64,000 nucleotides of DNA. Source: Nitrospirota bacterium (lineage in GTDB: Bacteria > Nitrospirota > Nitrospiria > SBBL01 > SBBA01). Location of the stretch: NCBI GenBank assembly GCA_038059935.1, contig JBBTIN010000016.1, forward strand, positions 46,943 through 110,942. The letters run 5' to 3'. Numbering within the stretch: the first letter of the stretch is position 1; each line of letters begins with the position of its first letter. This document shows positions 17,261 to 26,182 of the stretch, one piece after another. A program made the translations under genes and the position numbers. The notes beneath the pieces are model-generated. The model did no database searches. It was not told where the DNA came from and was given only the letters and a program-made list of their open reading frames with translations.

Positions 17261-17315
17261 GCCCTGTCAGACCGACCAACGGGAGGGCTCACTCCCGCCG
17301 GCGGCCGGTGCCGCC
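17261..17315 (+). repeat. R1 element copy 6 (overlaps the mcp stop codon by 1 nt)
   Basis: GCCCTGTCAGACCGACCAACGGGAGGGCTCACTCCCGCCGGCGGCCGGTGCCGCC, with terminal hairpin GGCGGC-CGGT-GCCGCC. Confidence 0.85.
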
Positions 17316-19360
17316 TAGATTTTGAAGGCGTCCACTTCCGATTTTAAACTAGAAACGGTTCTCTGGAGTTCTTCCTGTGCATGACGAAGCTTATCAGAGA
17401 GTTTTTTATTCGCCTCAACCGCTTCGTGCGCCTCCGTAATGCGTTCTGTTAAATTCTGAGCCTCTTTTTTCTGGTCACCAATTCCTTGCCCGATTTGCAC
17501 AATACCTGCCGTAATTTCTTCAATCGCAGCGGCCGTTTGCTTGCTTCCCACCGCCTGTTCTTCCGTCGCCACCTTCACCTGCCGTGTAATCAAACGAACC
17601 TTTTCAGATCCCTCGGTAATATGTTCAATCACCTTTCCTTGCTCTTGCATCGCGCTATTGACCTGATGCACCATTGTATTCATTTTGTCCATGGACAAAG
17701 TCACGGAGTGAATGACCTGCACCTGCGCCAACGTAGACTTCTCAATCTGACGCGACATGAGCGAGGAACGATTCGCCCCTTCCAAAATTGTGCTTAAGGA
17801 ACCCCTTGCATCCAAAGAAAGCCGCACCCCTTCCTCCACGCTTCGTCCCCCCTCTCGAATCGAATTGATCGCGTCTTGGGCCTCCGATTGTAAATCTCGA
17901 ATTAGCTGCGCAATCTCCTTTGTGGAAGAACCGGTTCGGTCGGCGAGACTTTTAATCTCATCCGCCACGACAGCAAAACCTCTTCCGTGCTCGCCCGCCT
18001 GTGCCGCCAAGATCGCGGCATTCAACGCCAGCAAATTCGTCTGCCGCGTCACCTCGTCAATCACGGTTAAAATCTTCCCGATATACTCCGTGCGTTCGCC
18101 TAATTTATAAATCACAGAAGAAGACTTTTCGACTGCCTTCTGAATATTGTTCATTCCCTCAATCGTCTTCTCAATTGCGCCACGTCCCAGCTCATCCGCG
18201 TCACGACTCACCTTTTCCGTCAAAAGTGCGGACTCTTTCGCTGTCGTCTCAATCTCGTTGATCGAATTATTCATGCGGCTGCAAGACGCCGTGGTGTCGG
18301 ACATGTGATCGGTCAGCGCGTTAATATGTTCCACAACTTGACGAATTGAACTGGACATCTCCAACAACGCCGATGCCGTATCTTCCACATACGAAGAGAG
18401 GTTGGAGGTGCTATTGGCCACTTGAATCGTCGCTGCACTCATCTGCACCAACGCGGGAGAGGTGGTCTGCGCAATCCCCGAAAGCTCGTCTATTCTCACG
18501 ACCACCCTCATGAAAGAAGCATTCATCCCCTCAAGACAGACCAAAGTCTTTTTCGCACCCTGCGTTTGATTACCACTGCCTTCCCCGATACGCGCAATAG
18601 ACTCCGAAAAGCCATCCATCAAGGCATTCACTTGAGAAACGCCTTCTTGCACCCGATGAATCATCCCCCGCAGGTTTGAAACCATTGGGGCCAGCCCATG
18701 CCCCTGATTGAACTCCGACTCGGAAAAATCACCGCGTCCAACACGGGAAGCAGCATCATTCATTCTTTCCAAAGGTTCAACCAAATCCCGCGTAAAAAGA
18801 ATCGTAGCCCAAACAACGCCGCCCATCAGCACAACCAGCAAAAAGGCCATCTTCTTGAGAAGATCAGACCGCTCTTTTATGATCTCTGAAAGCGAGATGC
18901 CCAGTCGAACCGATCCCACCGACTCTTGTGATTTTCCGCGCAAACGCACTGGCGCGACCAAGTCAAGACGGTCCCCAAAGACCGTCGTCACAGATTCACG
19001 TGCCGATGCATCCCAAATCATACCGCCCAGAAGAAGACGCGCCTTTTGTTCATTGGTATTGGCAAGCAATTCCCCCTCCCGATCAAAGACCAATAGGTAA
19101 AGCACGTCTTTGGATTCGGACAATTTCTGAACCTCTTCCGAAAGTAACGGCAGGTTGCCCGTTTCAATTCCCACCGCGCTTTTTTCGGCTATGCTGTTGA
19201 CGATTCTTGTCCAGTTTTCCAGAAGCGCTTCTTGACGGCTCTTGCTAAAATGAGAGATAAAGACCCCGCCTAAAATCAGACCGGATATTAAAATCGCGGC
19301 ACTCACAAACACGATAATTTTATTTCTTACTTGATGCCCCATTTCTGTTCTCTCTCCCAT
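17315..19360 (-). CDS. Methyl-accepting chemotaxis protein
   Basis: N-terminal TM plus sensor region, a second TM and HAMP-like region, and the conserved signalling hairpin [31 protein letters not shown]. Confidence 0.9.
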   Translation of the reverse strand: MGERTEMGHQVRNKIIVFVSAAILISGLILGGVFISHFSKSRQEALLENWTRIVNSIAEKSAVGIETGNLPLLSEEVQKLSESKDVLYLLVFDREGELLANTNEQKARLLLGGMIWDASARESVTTVFGDRLDLVAPVRLRGKSQESVGSVRLGISLSEIIKERSDLLKKMAFLLVVLMGGVVWATILFTRDLVEPLERMNDAASRVGRGDFSESEFNQGHGLAPMVSNLRGMIHRVQEGVSQVNALMDGFSESIARIGEGSGNQTQGAKKTLVCLEGMNASFMRVVVRIDELSGIAQTTSPALVQMSAATIQVANSTSNLSSYVEDTASALLEMSSSIRQVVEHINALTDHMSDTTASCSRMNNSINEIETTAKESALLTEKVSRDADELGRGAIEKTIEGMNNIQKAVEKSSSVIYKLGERTEYIGKILTVIDEVTRQTNLLALNAAILAAQAGEHGRGFAVVADEIKSLADRTGSSTKEIAQLIRDLQSEAQDAINSIREGGRSVEEGVRLSLDARGSLSTILEGANRSSLMSRQIEKSTLAQVQVIHSVTLSMDKMNTMVHQVNSAMQEQGKVIEHITEGSEKVRLITRQVKVATEEQAVGSKQTAAAIEEITAGIVQIGQGIGDQKKEAQNLTERITEAHEAVEANKKLSDKLRHAQEELQRTVSSLKSEVDAFKI

Positions 19361-19374
19361 ACGTTCCCCCTTTT

Positions 19375-19890
19375 TTAAGATGCCCCTTCTTGATTGACGC
19401 GTAATATTTTCGCCGTATCTAAAATAATCAATATGCGTTCTTTAACCCGCCCAATGTTTTTGATAAAACCGCTTCCCGACGCAGTAACTTTGGCAGGCGA
19501 CGGCTCAATCTGATATTTTCCAAACGAGACCACATCGGTCACCTTATCGGCAATAATGCCCACCTCTGCCTGCTCCGTACGGCAAATAATAAACCGGTTC
19601 TTCTTCTCGGGAACGTAAGCAGAAAGCCCCATCCGAACATGCATATCCAACACAGGAATCACACGGCCTCTCAAATTAACAATCCCCTTAATATAGAGTG
19701 GAACACGCGGAACATAAGTCACCGTCACGGGTCGGGTAATCTCCTCAATCACGGAAATATCAATCGCATATTCTTCGTTCGCCAGCCAAAAAGTCAATGC
19801 CTTAAACGATTCTTCCGTTTTAAGTTGTGCCAGAGAACCGGGCTCCTCCCATTTTTTTACTGCATTTTCAGTCACAACGTCTTCAACCAT
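19375..19890 (-). CDS. cheW: Chemotaxis coupling protein CheW
   Basis: CheW-like domain ([18 protein letters not shown]...[13 protein letters not shown]). The start overlaps the cheA stop (TAATG). Confidence 0.85.
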   Translation of the reverse strand: MVEDVVTENAVKKWEEPGSLAQLKTEESFKALTFWLANEEYAIDISVIEEITRPVTVTYVPRVPLYIKGIVNLRGRVIPVLDMHVRMGLSAYVPEKKNRFIICRTEQAEVGIIADKVTDVVSFGKYQIEPSPAKVTASGSGFIKNIGRVKERILIILDTAKILRVNQEGAS

Positions 19891-22046
19891 TATGCAACCT
19901 TTGCAACCTTTTCTTCTCTTTTTTCAGTCACTTCCTGAATCAACGCAGCGACATCCAATACGAGAATCGCTTTCCCATCACCAATTTCTGTAACCCCTGA
20001 AATCCCCTTAACCGATTTCAAATCTTCGCCCAGAGACTTGACCACAACCTCTTGCTGCCCCTTGATACTATTCACAATCAACCCCATTCGCTTTTCGACC
20101 AGACCCACGACAACAACGTATGTCGGCTCGTTAGACGGCGCACCCTGCTGTAAATCAAAAATCTCCTTCAGTCGAACAAGCATCAGCGTTTCCTCCCGCA
20201 ACTGAATCACCTCCTGGCGTTCAATCGTGCGAATCCCTTTCTCCGAAAGAATCATAGATTCCAATACAGAACTCAACGGAATCGCAAAGGTTTCATTTTC
20301 AACTTCAACAATCAACGCCTTGATAATCACCAACGTAATCGGAAGGGTGAGCGTAAAAAGTGTTCCTTGTCCTAAAACGGTTTCGACATCCACCATGCCG
20401 GACAATTTTGCAATATTCTTCGCGACCACATCCAGCCCAACTCCCCTTCCCGAAACCTGTGTCACCTTATCCCGCGTTGAAAATCCAGGAAGAAAAAGGA
20501 GCTTTACCATTTCACTTTGGCTGTACTGCTTTCCCGGAATCGCCAGTCCTTTTTCCAGCCCTTTTTTTAAGATTTTCTCCGTATCCATTCCCTGTCCGTC
20601 ATCCTCGACTTCCACGACAACATGATTCCCCCGCTGTTCAGCGCGAACCATAATCGTCCCCGTGGTCGGTTTATTCTTCGCGATCCGATCCTCATAACTT
20701 TCGAGTCCATGATCCAATGCATTTAAGATCAGATGGAGCAATGGATCGGATAATTCTTCCACCATAGACTTATCCATCTTGGTGTCTTCTCCCGAAAAAA
20801 GAAGGTTCACCTCTTTTCCCAAATCTTTTGAAACCTTATGAACCACGCGCACCAGCCGATCAAAAATTTGTCCTATCGGCGTCATCCGGACCTCTACCAA
20901 TTTTTCTTGAAACTCGCTGATCCGTTTATCTAACATCTTGGAGGCCTTCTGGACTTCCAATGCAAACGACGAAATTCCCTCTTGCCCCAGAAGCCTTCGG
21001 CTAATTTCGCTGATTTGACCCTTGCTGATCACCAACTCCCCGACCATGTTCAAAAGCAAATCCAATTTCTCAATATCAACACGAACGGTCTGGCTCAAAC
21101 TTCGAATGGATTCCAAGTCAGATGAATCGGCATCGCCTAATGCGGCGTTCGATTCGTCCGATGCCGATTGAGAAACCGCGTTTTCGTCTTGCACTTGAAG
21201 GGATTGTTCTCCTAAAGGTTGCGGCACACCCGGCGAGGCAGAAATTGCGGGGGGCGGATTCTTCGTGCTGACGACGGAGCCCGTTGAAACCGCGGCCCCT
21301 TTGGGTTTGGACAAATTTCTGACCGTTACGAACTCTGAAACAATTGTATCCGCCAAGTCAGGGGCGTCGCTTGGCGTCGCAACGATAATACGAAATTCCA
21401 TTCCCCCGGTTGGAGAAGGGCCGGGAAGCGTCGCAATCACCTCACCGATTTCGCGCATACGATTATTCAAGGCCGATAAATCGGTATCAAATGTCTCCAG
21501 CGGAAAATTGGCAACCACTTCAAATAATTGGAAGCCCGTCTTGATATTCTGGATGAGACGATGATGTTCGTACTCCGTCAGCAAATTGGGAAGTGCCAGC
21601 GGAAGTTCCATTCCCGACAAAAGATCTTCCCCTTCCACTTTTGGTTTTTCAGAAAGAGAAAGTCGAATCCGGTCTTCAAAAAAAGCAGCACTGGGTTCCG
21701 GCTTTCCTTGGCTTGCGGCCTTAATCATCGTTTGCAGCAGACTCACACCATCAATCAGAAGATTGAGTATCTCCGGGGTAAACGTGGCCTTCCCCATTCT
21801 GACCTTATCCAGAATATCTTCAAAGTGATGGCTGACTTTACAGACATGATCAAGACCCACCATGCCGGACATACCCTTTAGGGTATGCGCCGCGCGAAAG
21901 ATCGCGTTCACAACATCGGGTTTAACATTGTCTTTATTGGGAAGTGCCTCGATCTGGTGAAGATTTTGATGCAGAACATCAATGAGTTCTTCCGCTTCCG
22001 GAACAAATTCTCTCAACAGCGAGTTTTGTTTTTTGGAGGGCCGCAT
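19890..22046 (-). CDS. cheA: Chemotaxis histidine kinase CheA
   Basis: HPt FRAAHTLKGMSG, an HATPase region (GRGVGLDVV) and a C-terminal CheW-like domain. Confidence 0.92.
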   Translation of the reverse strand: MRPSKKQNSLLREFVPEAEELIDVLHQNLHQIEALPNKDNVKPDVVNAIFRAAHTLKGMSGMVGLDHVCKVSHHFEDILDKVRMGKATFTPEILNLLIDGVSLLQTMIKAASQGKPEPSAAFFEDRIRLSLSEKPKVEGEDLLSGMELPLALPNLLTEYEHHRLIQNIKTGFQLFEVVANFPLETFDTDLSALNNRMREIGEVIATLPGPSPTGGMEFRIIVATPSDAPDLADTIVSEFVTVRNLSKPKGAAVSTGSVVSTKNPPPAISASPGVPQPLGEQSLQVQDENAVSQSASDESNAALGDADSSDLESIRSLSQTVRVDIEKLDLLLNMVGELVISKGQISEISRRLLGQEGISSFALEVQKASKMLDKRISEFQEKLVEVRMTPIGQIFDRLVRVVHKVSKDLGKEVNLLFSGEDTKMDKSMVEELSDPLLHLILNALDHGLESYEDRIAKNKPTTGTIMVRAEQRGNHVVVEVEDDGQGMDTEKILKKGLEKGLAIPGKQYSQSEMVKLLFLPGFSTRDKVTQVSGRGVGLDVVAKNIAKLSGMVDVETVLGQGTLFTLTLPITLVIIKALIVEVENETFAIPLSSVLESMILSEKGIRTIERQEVIQLREETLMLVRLKEIFDLQQGAPSNEPTYVVVVGLVEKRMGLIVNSIKGQQEVVVKSLGEDLKSVKGISGVTEIGDGKAILVLDVAALIQEVTEKREEKVAKVA

Positions 22047-22056
22047 ACAATTTATA

Positions 22057-22428
22057 TTAGATCTTTAAGAAGTCCTTGACCGCGTCTTTGAGTTGTTCCA
22101 TGTCAAACGGCTTAATAAAATAACGATTGGCTCCCAGAGCAAGCCCTTTTTTGACCTCGGCTTCGCCATGATCGGTCGAGATAATGACGGTCGGAATCTT
22201 TTTATAAATCTCGCTGCTTTTCACAAAATGAACAATTTCAAGTCCGTTAATCTCCGGCATATTAATGTCGGTGATAATCATATCGAATGTGTGCTGTGGC
22301 AGAAGTTTCAGTGCCTCGTAGCCATTTCCCGCTTCAACCGTTTCAACCCCATTTAACTCCTCAATGGCCGACACAACAAGTGACCGCATAATCGCCGAAT
22401 CATCCACAACCAGAATTTTCTTACTCAC
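22057..22428 (-). CDS. cheY: Chemotaxis response regulator CheY (GTG start)
   Basis: Receiver domain KILVVDDSAIMR ... ITDINMPEINGLE ... IKPF. GGAGG lies upstream of the GTG. Confidence 0.9.
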   Translation of the reverse strand: MSKKILVVDDSAIMRSLVVSAIEELNGVETVEAGNGYEALKLLPQHTFDMIITDINMPEINGLEIVHFVKSSEIYKKIPTVIISTDHGEAEVKKGLALGANRYFIKPFDMEQLKDAVKDFLKI

Positions 22429-22446
22429 ATTTCCTCCTCATTGCTA

Positions 22447-23532
22447 TCATGCCGACTCCATCATCGGGGTAACACTGCCCGCTTTTCGTTCCGAAACTTT
22501 TTTCTCTAATGCCGCTTTTGCATAGGCTAACCCGGCCACTTTGATAAAGGCCTCTAATCCTTTTAAGTCTGGAAGGGGAACAGAATCGGGAAGATTATCG
22601 CCATATAAAACGGCAACCGCATTCTTGCCATCATGAAGGGGGGCAACAAAAATCTCCGATGGCCAATCTCCGCCAATTTGACGAATAAACTGCTGATGTC
22701 CCTCTCGTTCCACAAGCGGCCCGCGATACGCGCCCACCTGATCAATGGCCTCCCTAAAAACAGACTGCTCCGCAAGAGAAATACGCACCTTCTTAATCCG
22801 CTCATCGGCATCGTTCTCTCGAAATTGTAAACCGGATTGTCCCATGCCAACCAATTCCTTCTTCTTCACCAGAAAAACGACACACCGATTAAACATCTCG
22901 CTGGCATACCGGAAGAAAAGAAGTAGCACCTCGTTCGTACTCATACTCCCCATCAGCTCCGAGAGCATGGAGTCCAGATGCGCCCACTCCCCTTGGGATT
23001 CAGGCGTTTCCACCCTGTCGGTCTGAAGATCCAACTGCCACTCATCAACTGGCTGCGTCGCCTCCACGAGAAGAGAAGGCAGACTCAATCCCCTTTCCAA
23101 AAGCATTTCTTTCTCGACGCGCAACCCAAAATCAAAATGAAATGTGCCCGACTCCCACATTAAGAGGGTTCTCACAACCAAGAGGAGATGCCGTTTTAAT
23201 TCCGATTGTAAAACCGCCCTTGAAACCGTTCCGGTCTTTTCCAAAATGGTGGCAATGGGGATATCCGGTTCTTCGCGTTGAAGGGCAAGGGCATTCTCCA
23301 ACTCTGCCAATGTAATGACCCCCTTTTTCATCAGGGTATTTCCAAACGGACCCATGCTATCTAAGGAAGCATAAAAAAGATCCCCCTGACTAAAAACAAG
23401 TTTGGCCGATACGATTGTATCGGTCAGCACCAATACGCCAGTTTGTTTACAAAGAGAGATGGTCTGAAAAATCTCTCCAAACGGCATTTTTTGCAGCTGA
23501 CCATCCAGCGTTCTGGCTTGATTCGTACCCAT
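22447..23532 (-). CDS. DUF4388 (PATAN-like) N-terminal domain protein with GAF-like C-terminal region
   Basis: The N-terminus MPFGEIFQTISLCKQTGVLVL resembles DUF4388. The C-terminal ~150 aa resemble a GAF fold. First gene of the che cluster. Confidence 0.5.
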   Translation of the reverse strand: MGTNQARTLDGQLQKMPFGEIFQTISLCKQTGVLVLTDTIVSAKLVFSQGDLFYASLDSMGPFGNTLMKKGVITLAELENALALQREEPDIPIATILEKTGTVSRAVLQSELKRHLLLVVRTLLMWESGTFHFDFGLRVEKEMLLERGLSLPSLLVEATQPVDEWQLDLQTDRVETPESQGEWAHLDSMLSELMGSMSTNEVLLLFFRYASEMFNRCVVFLVKKKELVGMGQSGLQFRENDADERIKKVRISLAEQSVFREAIDQVGAYRGPLVEREGHQQFIRQIGGDWPSEIFVAPLHDGKNAVAVLYGDNLPDSVPLPDLKGLEAFIKVAGLAYAKAALEKKVSERKAGSVTPMMESA

Positions 23533-23539
23533 TTAATCC

Positions 23540-23815
23540 TTATTGTCGGGGCAGGTTTGAAACCTGCCCCGACACGATCTCGTACCGATATTTTTCAATC
23601 ACCGTATTCGCCAGCAGCTTTTCACACATTTGTTTGACCGACTCCTCTGCTGCCGCAATCGCCTGCTCCGATAATTCTACTTCAAAATATTTGCCTGCAC
23701 GAACGTCTTTGGCATCATTAAATCCCAAAGAAGACAACGCCTGTAAAATGGCGACCCCCTGCGGATCATGGATACTGTCTTTGAGTGTAACATAAACTTT
23801 TGCTTTCACAAACAC
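23540..23815 (-). CDS. purS: Phosphoribosylformylglycinamidine synthase subunit PurS
   Basis: KAKVYVTLKDSIHDPQGVAILQALSSLGF. GTG start at 23815 or 23809. The C-terminal ~10 aa are encoded by the R2 palindrome. Confidence 0.8.
   Translation of the reverse strand: MFVKAKVYVTLKDSIHDPQGVAILQALSSLGFNDAKDVRAGKYFEVELSEQAIAAAEESVKQMCEKLLANTVIEKYRYEIVSGQVSNLPRQ
23545..23573. repeat. R2 palindrome GTCGGGGCAGG-TTTGAAA-CCTGCCCCGAC
   Basis: Perfect 11-bp stem. It overlaps the last codons of purS. Confidence 0.8.
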
Positions 23816-23832
23816 CTCCGCCTAAAACCCAT

Positions 23833-23865
23833 CCCCACCTAACCTCCCCTTGAAGGGGAGGGAAT
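23833..23865 (+). repeat. R3 palindromic element
   Basis: CCCCACCTAACCTCCCC-TTGAA-GGGGAGGGAAT in the purB-purS gap. Confidence 0.75.
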
Positions 23866-23870
23866 CAACA

Positions 23871-25163
23871 TTATAAATCTAATCTTTTATAAATCGTATC
23901 AACCTCTTTCAGATACCCCTTGGGATCAAAGCAAGACAAAATCTCATCCTTTGTGAGTTTAGATAAAATAAATGGATTCGATAAGGTCTCTTTCTTAAAC
24001 GAACCGTCGCGCTCCAAAACCTTTGAGGCAATCTCCTGAATGACCTTATAGGCCTCTTCCCGCTTGACTCCTTTTTCAATCAGCAACAGCAATACCTTCT
24101 GCGAGAAAACAATCCCGCCACTTTTATCCATATTCCGAATCATCCTTTTCGGATAAATTGCAAGATTCTCCATGATCGTCGTAAACCGATCCAGCATAAA
24201 ATCCAAAAGGATCGTCGCATCCGGCAGAATAATGCGTTCCGGCCCCGAATGGGACATATCCCGCTCGTGCCAAAGCGTCACATTCTCAAGCGCGGTCATC
24301 GCATGAGCGCGAATCACACGCGATAAGCCACAAATATTCTCACATCCAATGGGGTTTCTCTTATGCGGCATCGAAGAAGAACCTTTTTGCCCAACCGTGA
24401 ACGGCTCTTCCGCCTCCATCACTTCGGTACGCTGTAAATGGCGAATCTCCGTCGCAAATTTTTCAAGACTCGCCGCAATCAGCGCCAGCGTTTGCATATA
24501 ATGCGCATGCCGATCCCGCTGTACAATCTGATTGGCTATCGGTTCGGCCATCAGTGAAAGATGTTGCATCACATCATCTTCAATCGCGGGAGAGAGGTGG
24601 GCGTAGGTTCCCATTGATCCTGAAATTTTCCCGAACGAAATGGTATCTCTTGCTGTCACCAACCGCGTTAAATTGCGACGCATCTCTTCATGCCAAAGCG
24701 CCATCTTCAAGCCAAACGTAATCGGCTCGCCGTGCATGCCATGCGAACGCCCCATCATCACGGTATTTTTATGCCGAAGGGCTTGATCCTTTAAGACTTT
24801 CATTAAAGCCGTCATGTCCTCAATCAGGATGTCCGATGCTTTTTGTAATAAAACGGCCAACGAAGTATCCACCAAATCCGATGAGGTCATTCCCCAATGC
24901 AGATACCGACCGGACTCGCCGACCTGCTCCGTAATGGAAGAGAGAAAGGCAATCACATCGTGCTTGACCACCTTTTCCAGCGCGTCAATCCGACTGATTT
25001 TTATTTTGGCCTTTGAACGAATGGTTTTATAGGCGGCATCGGGAATCGTGCCCGCTTTGACCAATGCCTCGCAAACCAAAAGCTCGACTTTCAGCCAGAC
25101 GGCATACCGAGACTTCGGCTCCCAAAGGGCACTCATTTTAGGTCGGCAATATCGTTCAATCAT
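23871..25163 (-). CDS. purB: Adenylosuccinate lyase
   Basis: Fumarate-lyase signature GSSSMPHKRNP, 430 aa. Confidence 0.92.
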   Translation of the reverse strand: MIERYCRPKMSALWEPKSRYAVWLKVELLVCEALVKAGTIPDAAYKTIRSKAKIKISRIDALEKVVKHDVIAFLSSITEQVGESGRYLHWGMTSSDLVDTSLAVLLQKASDILIEDMTALMKVLKDQALRHKNTVMMGRSHGMHGEPITFGLKMALWHEEMRRNLTRLVTARDTISFGKISGSMGTYAHLSPAIEDDVMQHLSLMAEPIANQIVQRDRHAHYMQTLALIAASLEKFATEIRHLQRTEVMEAEEPFTVGQKGSSSMPHKRNPIGCENICGLSRVIRAHAMTALENVTLWHERDMSHSGPERIILPDATILLDFMLDRFTTIMENLAIYPKRMIRNMDKSGGIVFSQKVLLLLIEKGVKREEAYKVIQEIASKVLERDGSFKKETLSNPFILSKLTKDEILSCFDPKGYLKEVDTIYKRLDL

Positions 25164-25549
25164 GCTGTTTCTGCTTTTTCTAATGCTATTTTCCGAACGC
25201 CATCTAGGATTCCGTTTACGAATGCCCCGGAGTTTTCGTTGCCATATTTTTTTGCAATCTCAATGGCTTCGTCAATCACGACCTTTGCCGGCGTCTCGTG
25301 AGAGAAAACCATTTCAAAAATCGCCATTCGCAACACGTTTCGATCTACAATTGCCATTCGATCAACCGCCCAATGTTCAGTCTGCGTTTCAATCAGGCGA
25401 TCAATATCGGTGCGATATTGCGAGACGCCATCTAACAGCTGTTTTGTGAATGGATCTGGGGCCTCTTTTGTGAAAGCCGAAGTCTCATTAAAATCTTCCT
25501 GAAAGAGCGATTGCAAAGCCGCCTCTCTCGCCAAACGCCGATTCCCCAT
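25160..25549 (-). CDS. nusB: Transcription antitermination factor NusB
   Basis: 129 aa, LAREAALQSLFQ, ATGA overlap with purB. Confidence 0.85.
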   Translation of the reverse strand: MGNRRLAREAALQSLFQEDFNETSAFTKEAPDPFTKQLLDGVSQYRTDIDRLIETQTEHWAVDRMAIVDRNVLRMAIFEMVFSHETPAKVVIDEAIEIAKKYGNENSGAFVNGILDGVRKIALEKAETA

Positions 25550-25566
25550 GTTTCTTGTTCCTGTTT

Positions 25567-25595
25567 GTATGGGCAGTTTTGAAACCTGCCCATAC
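25567..25595. repeat. R2 palindrome variant GTATGGGCAG-TTTTGAAAC-CTGCCCATAC
   Basis: Same loop as 23545-23573, with a different but still complementary stem. Confidence 0.75.
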
Positions 25596-25620
25596 CATCA
25601 AACCCCACCCCTATAAGTCT

Positions 25621-25675
25621 TTGTTTTCAGGCGCCACAACGTGGCGACTCATCACGCCAGGGGGGCTACCCCCCC
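25621..25675 (+). repeat. R1 element copy 7 (variant; overlaps the ribH stop and last 7 codons)
   Basis: TTGTTTTCAGGCGCCACAACGTGGCGACTCATCACGCCAGGGGGGCTACCCCCCC, with hairpins CGCCAC-AAC-GTGGCG and GGGGGG-CTA-CCCCCC. Confidence 0.8.
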
Positions 25676-26182
25676 ATGTTTCTTGTTCAATCCTTGATAG
25701 AGCTGGGCCATCTCAATTGCCGAAAGCGCCGCGTCGGCTCCTTTATTCATTTTTCCACCTGATCGCATCATGGCCTGTTTGACCGTCTCTGTTGTTAATA
25801 CGCCAAAAATCACCGGCAAACCAAACAAAATCGCGACCTGTCCAATCCCGCGTGCCACCTCGGCGCAAATATAATCAAAATGGGGTGTATCTCCCCGAAT
25901 CACGGCACCCAAACAAACGATTGTATGATAGCATCCGCACTGTGCCATTTGGGCCGCTACCCCTGGAATTTCAAACGCACCGGGAACCTCCACCACTTCA
26001 ATACGACTAGAAGGCACCCCCTCTTTTTCAAATACAGCCAACGCGCCCGTCAAAAGCCGTTCTGTAATCTTCGAATTAAATCGGCTTACAACAATCCCAA
26101 ATTGAAGTGCTTTGATGTTTGGCTCTTTCCCCCATTTTATTGGAGGGGTCAAGGGTTTTTTTTCTGCGCGACCGGCATTCAT
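25652..26182 (-). CDS. ribH: 6,7-dimethyl-8-ribityllumazine synthase
   Basis: FGIVVSRFN ... [20 protein letters not shown] overlap with ribBA. Confidence 0.9.
   Translation of the reverse strand: MNAGRAEKKPLTPPIKWGKEPNIKALQFGIVVSRFNSKITERLLTGALAVFEKEGVPSSRIEVVEVPGAFEIPGVAAQMAQCGCYHTIVCLGAVIRGDTPHFDYICAEVARGIGQVAILFGLPVIFGVLTTETVKQAMMRSGGKMNKGADAALSAIEMAQLYQGLNKKHGGVAPLA

Noticed and set aside
17261-17315. R1 elements could be rho-independent terminators.
   Set aside because: The GC hairpins are not followed by a U-tract on either strand. One copy is inside a coding region and another lies in an operon-internal gap. A non-canonical termination or stabilisation role is not excluded.
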